Shown: positions 1 through 10,144 of the stretch, piece after piece
How the letters are laid out: each line of letters starts with the position of its first letter
Position numbering within the stretch: the first letter of the stretch is position 1
Assembly: GCF_009914755.1 (NCBI RefSeq)
Contig: NC_060932.1
Source: the human T2T-CHM13v2.0 reference genome, Homo sapiens
Strand: one strand, 5' to 3'
DNA length: 64,000 bases
Translations under genes and position numbers: made by a program
Notes under the pieces: model-generated
Database searches by the model: none
What the model saw: only the letters and a program-made list of their open reading frames with translations
What the model was told of the DNA's origin: nothing

Positions 1-247
1 ACTGCACACATCTAAGCCCACCAGCTCGAATCCTGAGATATTATTATGAAGCTGCTGATCACCAATTTTAGGTGTTTCTATTTATTGGAAAACTGCCTTT
101 CCCTGGGCTGGCTGCAACTAATTATTATTTTAAAAAAGTAGTTTAATAACCACCTCATCTTCACTTCATGGTTTTCTTATATTGCTGGTGAAGGTGGGAG
201 GGGGGCTTTTCTGTCCTGCTCATATCTGACTAGGTACCCAATGTCAT
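1..247 (-). mobile_element. ERV1 LTR, MER50-like (copy 1, cut by window edge)
   Basis: gctgctgatcaccaattttaggtgtttctat...ctgactaggtaccca is paralogous to 4560-4758 and 5790-5996; matches recalled MER50 consensus. Confidence 0.7.
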
Positions 248-367
248 GGGAACATCGGACAAGATTGACTGTTTGGCAGAAGAAACATCTGGTAAGTTTG
301 CATGTTAAGCAGAATAAACGTCTGAGATGATTTCACATTTGACAGAAGGAAGAGCAAGTGCAAAGTG
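248..367 (+). repeat. 33-bp ANKRD30-type minisatellite, end of repeat exon
   Basis: About 3 units of tgtttggcagaagaaacatctgacaagattgca-like sequence. Confidence 0.75.
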
Positions 368-3149
368 TTGTATGCTTGATTCAACTTTGTAGTGTTTATG
401 AGCAGTTACACTTTGCTAGTGGAAATAATGTGGCATGGGAGTGGTGCGGAATGAATATCTACATAAGGCAAACTTCAGAAAGCCTTTTAAGAGTATATAA
501 ATGAGTAGACCTTATTCTGTGGGCCAGGGAAAAATTCTCTGAATACTTCTGGCTGTGAATACTAGTTGACCCAACTATAATAACAGTGGCTAAAACCATG
601 GGAACCAAAGTTATTTTGGTGGTTCAAGGATATCATAGCATAGCACTTACTTTTCCTCTTTCAGCTGTGCTATTGGCAGTGTTTTGTCCATGGTTGGCTA
701 ATTAGCAATGACTCCAGTCATCATGTTCTCTCAAGACAATATGTGAAGGCTGGAAAGTCTGCTTTTCTTCATGTTTCTTTTAAATAGGGAGTAAAGTCAG
801 AAGCTTGCGGTGATCTTCCTGTAACAATTTAGTGCACAATATGCTAATTCCTAAACCAGTCAATATGAAAGCAAATGTAGTCACTTTAATTAGCTAAGAA
901 TAATCTAATAAAATGTTAAGCAGGGGAGTCACAAGATTAGGTTTGAGTATTAAGGCATTCTTGGCATTGTATAAAGTAGGGATTGGCAAGCTTTACCCAT
1001 ATAGGGCTCAATAGGAAACATTTTAGACCTTTTGGTCTCTGTCATATCTATTCAATTCTGCCATTGCAGTGTGAAAAAAATCATAAAGTGTAGTAAGCAA
1101 ATAAGCATAACTGTACTCCAGTAAAACTTCATATACAAGGCTATATTGAAGGCTGCATTTGACCTTTGGCCTGTAGTTTTCTGACTCTTCATATGGAGGG
1201 TAGCCATGTAAAGAGGTTGAGAAACAAAGGAAGTTTTGCAGTAGTTCATGCTATAGTTTGTTTGTTTTGTGTCACCAGTTTGTGCATTAGTATCAATCTA
1301 TTATAAAATTTTGACCCATCCAGGGTAAAATAAATAAGTTAGAAGCTAAGATTATACATTTAAACATGTGGGATTTTTTCTTGGCATTATTCTATTTTCA
1401 TTTTTTTGCTGAATTTTTTTAACTTAAGAAATATGAATAATAATTGGTACAATGTGATAGATTAACTTATTTCTATACATGTTGAGGTCAAAGAAATATT
1501 CATGTAGGATATTTTCAGCTGGTAATTGGATAATAGGCATTTAGAGCTGGAGCTAGACTCTATGGTTGAAGTTGCAGACTTAGAATGATTTTATTATAAT
1601 TATTAGACAAAGCCATAGATCTTAATGAGCTTGTCCATAATGCAGAATATGTAGAAGAAGTAGAAGAAAGCCCTTGACAAAACCCAGGGAATATTAACAT
1701 TTTTCAGAGGAAAAAGAGTTGGTAAAAGAGACTGAGCAGTGGCAAGAGAAAAGTAGGAGCAAAGTCAGAGGGAGTGATGTTGCAAACATTTTTGGAAAGA
1801 TGAGTATTTCAAGCATGAAGTATCAATACTAACAGCAATAAGTAAATTGGATTTAGCTTTTAAAAGCTCTTTGGTGGTACCCTTTTTTAAAAAAAATTTA
1901 GAGTTCTTAGGTGTACTATTAATATGATTGATACTTCTGGTGGTCAAGAATCTACCAAGATGCCAAAAGTTACCAACTTCTTTGCAGCTACATACACAGG
2001 GTCAGAGAATGTTATTTAGACTAATGAGTACATGTGTCAACATTTTCCAGGACTGTCAAAACCTAAGGATCAGGTGTGAAGAAAGATCTTGTCTTTCTTA
2101 GCTGCTTCTTGTGGAAATACTTCATTTGTATTTCCTGAAAGAAAGAATGCTTTCAGTCACTCTAAAAGAAAAACCTGGTACCAACAACTAGAAGCTACTG
2201 TCAGATGCACATATACCCCTCCTCAATACAACCGTGTTTTGAGAGTTTCACATTTGAATCAGAAGTAGTTTACAAGCCAGCAGCTTGGAGAAATTGACAT
2301 TTTAATAATAATATATTGCAGACAACTAATATAATGTCATATGGGGAGATATGGAGGGAAATATGGAGATATGCTTTATATACTAGTTTTCAGTATTCTG
2401 GGAATTTTAGGGATATCTGTAGAAAAGTTAGTACCTGTCTTTTTGTTAGTGCAATTCCCCTTTATTTTGCTATCTTCTGTTATCTCTGCTTTTACTGCTT
2501 CCTTTTGAATTTCATCCTTAAAGAAAGTACTTTTAGAACACATTTTTAAGATATGTATGTTTGACAAATGTGTATTATTTCCTTTTAAAATAATATACTC
2601 CATATCCTAAAGTATATCTGGTATTCTATGTTTCTAAAACTGAATTTCTTTATATGCATACCATAGTGACAGTGTCACTGATAATGCTCTGCCAAGATTT
2701 TAAGTGTCTTCTCAATTGTCAAGCTCAAATTGTTTTATCTGAAATAGTTTTAATATGAAGTTTTTTTCTGGTATTATATTTCTTCAGAAATTGGTAATCT
2801 GTGATTTAACTAGATTATGAGGTAAAATTCAATTACCATATTTATAAGTAAGTTGAAAGTTTGATTGATTTTTGATGGTTAAATCCACAATTTATGGGGA
2901 GCAGTAGATAAATCATCTTACATTGTGGAAGGAATTCTTTTGACTCTTTGACTTTTCTGAGAAGAACTGCCTTAAACAGGTCCACTGTGTTTTTAGTATT
3001 ATAAAAAATTAAGAAAAAAATTAAAAACAAAGTGATTTCTATTATTAGTTAAACACTATTATACTTTATTCAGTGGATATATGTTTTTCTACAATTATCT
3101 CACCTATCTAAATTAAGCACACTTATTGCTGTACATATGTAGGTATGTA

Positions 3150-3330
3150 TGTATTTATTTATTTACTATTTAAGAGACAGGATCTTGCTATGTTGCCCAG
3201 GGTGGAGTGCAGTGGCAATTCACAGGAGTGATCATAGGGCACTATAGCCTTCAACTCCTAAAGTCAAGCCATTCCCCAAACTAAGCCAGTCAAGTAGTTG
3301 AAACTATAGCCATGTGCCACCATGCCTGCT
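3150..3330 (-). mobile_element. Fossil Alu monomer (FAM-like)
   Basis: gagacaggatcttgctatgttgcccagggtggagtgcagtggcaattcacagg... with a T-rich tail on the left. Confidence 0.75.
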
Positions 3331-3734
3331 CTTATGCACAATTATTATGAAAAGGAAATTAACCCTGCTGAGTTGTAAACTATTGACTTAATCTTCACAC
3401 TTTTTAGTACAAATGTTTATACTGTAGAACATACTGTGCATTAGGAAAATTTTTTTTCTGGTTGAAATAGGATTTGTGCATGTTTCCCTTTTTTTATACA
3501 TCATTGTTTCATTTATCCCTTTTATTCTGCTATTGCAATAAATATAGAAAGGCAGAAATTTGAGAGGCAAATATCAAGAAAAATGGATTTTAAAAGTATT
3601 ATGTGAAATAGCCTTCTGATTGTAGTCACATTTAACACATCAAATTAATTAAATAAAGAAATCTCACATAATGCAATTTTATCAGGGGTTCCTAAGACCA
3701 CCTCCAGGTTTGGTGTTACACTAGAGGGGCTCAC

Positions 3735-4069
3735 ATTTGAGATGAATGTATGTTTGGCAAAAGAAAGCTGACAAGATTGAATGTTTGTCAGAAAGAACAT
3801 CTGACAAGAGTAATTTTTTGACAAAAGAAACAGCTGACAATATTGAATGGCTGAGAGAAAAAAAAAAAACACCTGAAAAGGGTCATTGTTTGACAGAAGG
3901 AGTATATAGATCTTAGAAGATTGCATGGTTAACAGGAGGAAGACCTAGGAAAATAGCATGGTCTACAAAAGAAACATCTGAATAGATTGAAGACTTAGGA
4001 GAAAAGGCATGTGATAAGATTAAATACTTCGCAGAGAAAACACTTGAAAAGACTGAATATTTGGAAGGA
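3735..4069 (+). repeat. 33-bp minisatellite block (about 10 degenerate units)
   Basis: Recurring tgtttggcaaaagaaa..ctgacaagattgaa units. Confidence 0.85.
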
Positions 4070-4758
4070 GGAATTTTAGTGTCTGTGGATGGATAAAGGT
4101 CTGCCCTAACCTAAAATCTTGCCTTATCAGAAGAAAGAATTCAGCTGAGGAGCATAGGGCAGAGTGAGAGACACTGACAAGTTTTAGAGCAGGAGTGAAA
4201 GTTTATTAAAAAGTATTGGAGAAGGAATGAAAGGAAGTAAAGTACACTTGGAAGAGGTCCAGGCATGCAACCTGAGAGATCCAAGTGCACAGTTTGACCC
4301 TTGACATGGGTTTTTATAGGTTGGTAGACTTTGGGGGATGCATTACTTCTCTGATCCTTCCCTTAGAGCAGGCTCTCACATGTGCAGTGGCCTGTCAGTA
4401 CTTGGAAGGGACCACTTGTACAGAGTCTTTGTTAGAGATTTATGCATTCTCACTTGAGGCATTCCACCTTTATCTGTTGAATTTTTTCTGAAAATTGTCA
4501 TATACCAGTTAAACTCTGCCATTTTGCCTCTTAATGTGCATGCATGAGCCCATTAGCCCAACTCTTGAAATCTTATCAGGAAACTGATCACTAGCTTCAG
4601 ATGTTTCCCTTTATTGGGAATCTGCCTTTTACTGGTGCTGGTGGCAACCCATTATTATTTTAGAGAGGCCTGACCATCACTTCGTGGTTGCCTGACATTC
4701 CTAGTGAGAAGAGGCCCTCTCTGCCCTGCTAATGTCTGACTAGCTACCTACTGTAATA
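4070..4758 (-). mobile_element. ERV1 LTR, MER50-like (copy 2)
   Basis: agaagaaagaattcagctgaggagcat...gcaggagtgaaagtttatt...tagctacctactgtaata. Confidence 0.75.
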
Positions 4759-5283
4759 AAAACATTGGTCAAGATTGAATGTTTGGCAGAAGAAACATCT
4801 GACAAGATTAAATGTTTGACCAAAGAAACACTGGACAGGACTGAATGTTGGTTAGAAGAAACATTGGACAAGATTGAATGTTTGGCAAGAGAAACAGCTG
4901 ACAAGATTGTATGTTTGGTCTAAAAGAAATCTGACAAGATTGAATGCTGGGGTGAAGAAACATCTGATAAAATTTAACACATGGCAGAAGAAACAACTGA
5001 CAATAGAATGGTTGACAGAGGGAACATTTAAGAAGATTGCACATTGGGCAGAAGGAACAACTGGGAAGATTGCATGGTCACAGCAGAAACATTTAAACAG
5101 ATTTCATGGTGGGCAGAAATAGTATCCAAGAAGACTGCATGGTTGGCAGAGAGAAAACCTGAAAATGTGCATGACCTGTAAAAGAAACATGTAAAATAAT
5201 TCAATATTTGGCAGAAGAAAACATCTGACAAGATTGAATATTTTCCCAGGAAAAATGCTGACAAGATCTAATGTTTGGCAATA
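4759..5283 (+). repeat. 33-bp minisatellite block (about 16 units)
   Basis: Tandem gacaagattgaatgtttggcagaagaaacatct units. Confidence 0.9.
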
Positions 5284-5996
5284 GGAATTTTAGTGATTGT
5301 GGATCAGTAGAAGCCTGCTGAAGCCTCAATTCTTGCCCCCTTAGAAGAAATAATTCAACTGAGGGGCATTAGGCAAAGTGAGAGACCGAGGCAAGTTTTA
5401 GAGCAGGAGTAAAATTTATTAAAAAGTAAGAGCAAGAAAGAAACGAAGTAAAGTACACTTAAAGAGGGCCAAACATGTGACTTTAGATATCAAGTTCATG
5501 ATTTGACCTTTTACTTGGGGATGTATAGGCTGGCAGGATTCTGAAGTTGCATTACTTTTCTGACTCTTTTCTTGGACCAGTCTGTCTGCATGCATAGTGG
5601 CCTATCAGCACATGTACAGTGTGTTTACTGGAGTTGTATGCACCTTCAATTAAGTTTCTTTATTCTTTTTTAATCATTTTTTATTGATTTTTTTTTTTTT
5701 TTGCCAGTTGAATGTTCCCAGAGAAAGGTCATAAATGTTTTAAACTCCACCATTTTGCCCCTTAGTGTGCATGCATAAGCCTATTCACTCAACTCTTGAG
5801 ATTATTGGGAAACTGCTGATCAACAAGTGTAGGTGTTTCTATCTATTGAAAGACTGCTTTTCCTTGGTGCAACTAACTATTATTTCATAGAAGCAGTTTA
5901 ACAACTACCTGACCATCAACTCGTGGACGACATTTTTGGTGGGGATGAAAAAGCTTTTATGTCCTGATCATATCTGACTAGCTAACTACTGTAACA
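5284..5996 (-). mobile_element. ERV1 LTR, MER50-like (copy 3)
   Basis: Colinear with copy 2 from ggaattttagtg to ctactgtaaca. Confidence 0.75.
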
Positions 5997-7670
5997 GAAA
6001 CAGCAAACAAGATTGAATGTCTGACAGAAGAAATATCTGTAAAGGTTGGATGTTTGGAGAAGAAGCATCTGACAACCTCACAAGCTTGGAAGTAAGACCA
6101 ACTGATTAGATTGCATGTTAAAGAGGAAGAACATCTGAAAAGTGAAAAGTTTGAATATTTGGCAGAAAATACATCTGAAAAGTTTAAATGTTTGGCAAAA
6201 AATCACATCTGACAAAGGTTGCATGTTTGGCAGAAGAAACATCTGACAAATTAGAATGTTTGACAAAAGAAACAATTGATACAACTGAATGTGTGGCAGA
6301 AGAAACATTTTAGAAAATTTCAGGTTTAGCAGAAGGAACATTTAAGAAGACTGAAGGTTTGGCAGAAAAAAAAACATATTAAAACATAGCATGGTTGACA
6401 GCAGAAACATTTAAGCAGATTGTGTGGTGGGCAGTAGAGAGACCTAAGAAGATTATATGGCTTGCAAAATAGACAACTTAAAAGATAAAATATTTGACAT
6501 AAGAAACCACCTGATAAAAAATGTTAGTAAGAAGAAACATTTGACAAGGTTGTATGTTTGGCAGAAGGAACATCTGAAAAGTTTCCACATTTGGCAGGAA
6601 GAACATCTGACAAGCTTGCACATCTGGCATAAGAAACATCTGACGAGGTTTCTGTTTGGCAGAAGAAATATTTGATAAGGCTGAATATTTGGCAGACATC
6701 ATCAGACAAGGTTGAATGTTTGGCAAAAGGAATATGTAAGAAGTTTGAATATTTAGCAAGAGAAAGATCTGATTCAACTGAATATTTGGCACAAAATTTG
6801 TTTACAAGACTGCATGTTTAGCAGAATAACTGCATGTTTGGTGGTAGGAACATCTCAGAAGATTGCACATTTGGCAGAGGGAACATCTGACAAGGCTGCA
6901 CATTAGGAAGAAAGAACATGTGACAAGTTTGAACGTTTTGCAAAAGGAGCATCTGAGAAGGTTGCATGTTTGGCAGAAGGAACTTCTAACAAGTCTGCAT
7001 GTTTGGCAGAAAAAAGTCAAGATTGAATATTTGGCAAATGAAACATCTCCCAAACTTGCATGTTTAACAGAAAACAAAACATCTGAGAAGACTGCATGTT
7101 TGGCAGAGACAACATCTGAGAAGGTTTGATGTTTGCAGAAAGAATTTCTGACAAGCTTGCATGTTGGACAGAAGGAGCTACTGATAAGTTTGCAGGTTTA
7201 GCAGAATGAACATGTGAAAACATTGCATAAGTTTGGCAGAAAAAATATCTGAAAAGATCGCATGTTTGGCAGAATGAACATCTGATAATATTACATGTTT
7301 GGCAGAAGTAATATCTGATAAAGTCTCATGTTTGGCAGAAGAAAAAATTACATGTTTGGCAGAAGTAACATCTGACAAGTTTCAATGTTACCCAAAAGAA
7401 GCATCTGAGAAGATTGCATGTTTGGCAGGAAGAACATCTGACAGGATTGCATGTTAGGCAGTAGAAAATGTGACAAGCTTTTATGTTGGCAGAAAAACAA
7501 TTAGACAAAAAAAAAAATAGACAAAAATTGCATGTTTGGCCAAAGAAACATCTGACAAGCTTGCATGTTTGGAAGAAATAAAATCTGACAGGCTTGCATG
7601 TTTGGCAGTAGACAAATCTGACAAGCTTTTATGTTTAGCACAAAAAGTATCTGACAAGGTTGCATGTTTC
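5997..7670 (+). repeat. 33-bp minisatellite block (about 50 units by length)
   Basis: Continuous tgcatgtttggcagaagaaacatctgacaag units; frames read CLAEETSDK / HVWQKKHLTR. Confidence 0.95.
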
Positions 7671-7699
7671 CCATAAATTATTTGAAAAATTTTGAATTG

Positions 7700-8460
7700 T
7701 CCTGTGAAAGGTGGAAGATAATTAACGTCTGCTCTGAAAAGGTGCAGATGGCAAGTTTCATTGCTGAGAGTCTGGAGATAATGAAGTCTATTTCTGAGAG
7801 GCTGTAAAAGGTGAGTTTTTTCTCTAACCAACTGGAGATAAGAGGTCATTCTCTTAGAAACTGATAACTGTGAGTTCTTCTTAGAAACTGGAGATGGCAA
7901 GTTTCTCATCTGAGAGGCAGGAGAAAGTGAGGTCTTCCTCTGAGAGGCTGGAGGTGGTGAGACTCTCCTGAGATGTGAAAGAAAAAAAAATCATGCTTTA
8001 AAAGCCTGGAGAAAGGAAGTTTCCCTGCCAAAAAGCAAAAGACAGTGAAGTCATATTCAGAGATGAAAAAAATAAAACCCACAAAACATTCTTGTGAGAA
8101 TCTGGTGAGATCCTCCTTTGAAAAATTGGAAACAGTGAGTTTCTCCTCAGAGACAACATCTGAGAAGGTTTGATGTTTGCAGAAAGAAAGAAGCTGGACA
8201 TAGTGAGAAGCCTGGGACTGTGAGGTCCTCCTCCAAGAGGCTGGAGACTGCAGGTTTTTCTGCTGAGATGCTGCAGACTGGGAGTCCCCCTTCTGAGAGT
8301 GTAGAGAAGGTGAGGTTCCCTTTTGAAAGGCTAGAGATGTCTAGGTCTTTCTCTGAGAGGCTGGAGATGGTGAGGTCCTTCTCTGTGAGACTGGAGACTG
8401 CAAGGTCCTTTTCTGAGAGCCTGGAGATGGTGAATGTCCCTGTCAAATGTCTTGGCCAGA
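7700..8460 (+). repeat. 30-bp minisatellite (tgaggtccttctctgagaggctggagatgg)
   Basis: Periodicity visible in DNA and in ORF 8220..8621 (RSFSERLEMV repeats). Confidence 0.9.
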
Positions 8461-8546
8461 CTGGGTTTCTGCTGGTGCTTGACAGGATTGGGGAGATGGG
8501 AAGGCCGAGGGTGAGTGTGGAGTCTCTGAAGCCAGTAGTCACAGCC

Positions 8547-8752
8547 ATAAAAAAGTTATTTGCTGTGGAGGACCAAAAGGACCAGTTGCCTCTGAGCTTT
8601 TTCAGTTACCATGTCTTCTGAGACCCTTTGTACTAGAGCTGTGTTGATAATCTCTGGAAGAGTCACAAAAGTGTCGTCTGGGAGAAAATACGGAGGGTAC
8701 ACAATTGTATGTGCCAAAGACAGCCCTGGAATGAAACAGACAATAATAAAAG
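8547..8752 (+). pseudogene. ANKRD26/30-family exon 1 relic, copy A
   Basis: gccATAaaaaagttattt (IKKLFAVEDQKDQLPLSFFSYHVF*) ... WNETDNNK; donor degenerated to ag|ataaca; in-frame stops. Confidence 0.65.
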
Positions 8753-8929
8753 ATAACAGGAACTGTGTGCTGAGCACTGAGGACTGAAAGAGGTGAGCAG
8801 ATGTGTGAGAAACACCTTTTTCAGAGTTGGGGGTCCCTTGGGGAGTGGTGGTGAGGGAAGGATGTGGAAAAATGGGGTGGAGGCAGGGAAGCACTCCTGG
8901 CCTCCGGGGCTTTGATTCTCTTCTGAGAT

Positions 8930-9490
8930 CCTGCACATGGCCAGGTCTTTTGTTGAGAGGCTAAAGATGGCAAAGTACTCTTCTGAGGGCCTGGAGATGG
9001 TGAAGTCTTCCTCTGAGAGCCTGTAGAGGTTGAAGTCTTTCTCTAGGAAACTGTAGAGAGGGAGTTGCTTCCCTGAGAGGACAGAGACAATGAGGTTCTC
9101 CTCTAAGTCTGGAGATGGTAAATTTTACCTCCAGGATGGAAGATCCACAAGGTGCTCCTCTGAGAGGCTGGTGATGATGACGTCTTTCTCTGAGAGACAG
9201 GAGACTGACAGTGAGGTCTTAGTCTGAGAGGCTGGACATGGTGAGTTTCTCCCGTGAGATGCTGAGGACCCTGATGTCCTTTTCTGAGATGCTTGACATG
9301 GTGAATTTCTTCTCTAAGAGACTGGAGGTGGTGAGGTCCTAACGTCAGAGGCTGGAAACAAAAGGTTTCTCTTCCGAGAGTCTCCTCTAACAACAAGATC
9401 CTCCTCTGAGAGGGTTTTGATGATGACTCTTTTCTCTGAAAGGATAGGCATGATCAATGTTTCTGTTGGAGCTATTGGCCGGAGAGCTTT
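8930..9490 (+). repeat. 30-bp minisatellite, second block
   Basis: About 18 units of tctgagaggctggagatggtgaggtc-type sequence. Confidence 0.9.
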
Positions 9491-9568
9491 GATTGCTGAT
9501 GCTTGGTTGGAGATAGTGTGGTGAAGGGGAGGGTGAGTTTGCAGAGTCTTCAGCTGGTAGCCAAAGCC

Positions 9569-9776
9569 ACAAAGAACATCTTTGCTGTGGAAAGCCAGAA
9601 AAGCCAGGTGCCCCTGAACTTCTTCAGTAATTGTGTCTACTTAGACCCCTGGTTGTGGAGCCTAGATCAGGATCTTGGGAAGCTTCACAAAGCTGCCATC
9701 CAGGGGAAACGATGGAAGGTGCAGCAGATCCTTGTCCTCAATGGAAGCACTTGAATGAAACAGACAATGGAAAGAG
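9569..9776 (+). pseudogene. ANKRD26/30-family exon 1 relic, copy B
   Basis: gccACAaagaacatcttt... DQDLGKLHKAAIQGKRWKVQQILVL, then a frameshift, then LNETDNGKR followed by an intact donor ag|gtaa at 9777. Confidence 0.75.
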
Positions 9777-9949
9777 GTAAAAGGAACTGCCTGTTGGGGG
9801 CTGGGGACTGCAGGAGTAGCTGGCAGCTGTGAGAGAAGCACCAAATTCACAGCTTGGGAACTATGGAGGAGTGAGGATGAGGGTAGAAAATATAAAAGTA
9901 GGGTGGGAGCAAGTGCACTGTCCTAGCCCCATGGACCTGGTCCACTTCT

Positions 9950-10140
9950 GTGATGCTGCACACAGCAAGGTACTCCACAGAGATGCTGGAGATGGCGATC
10001 TCTTCCTCTGAGAGGCTGGAGAGGTTGAGGTCTTCTTCTGCAAGACTGCAGACATTGAGTTTCCATTCTGCCATGCAGGAGACAATGAGTTCCTTATTTG
10101 AGATGCTGGAGAGGGCTACTCTTGGAGTTGCTACTCCAAG
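9950..10140 (+). repeat. 30-bp minisatellite, third block
   Basis: ctctgagaggctggagaggttgaggtcttc units. Confidence 0.8.
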
Positions 10141-10144
10141 AACC

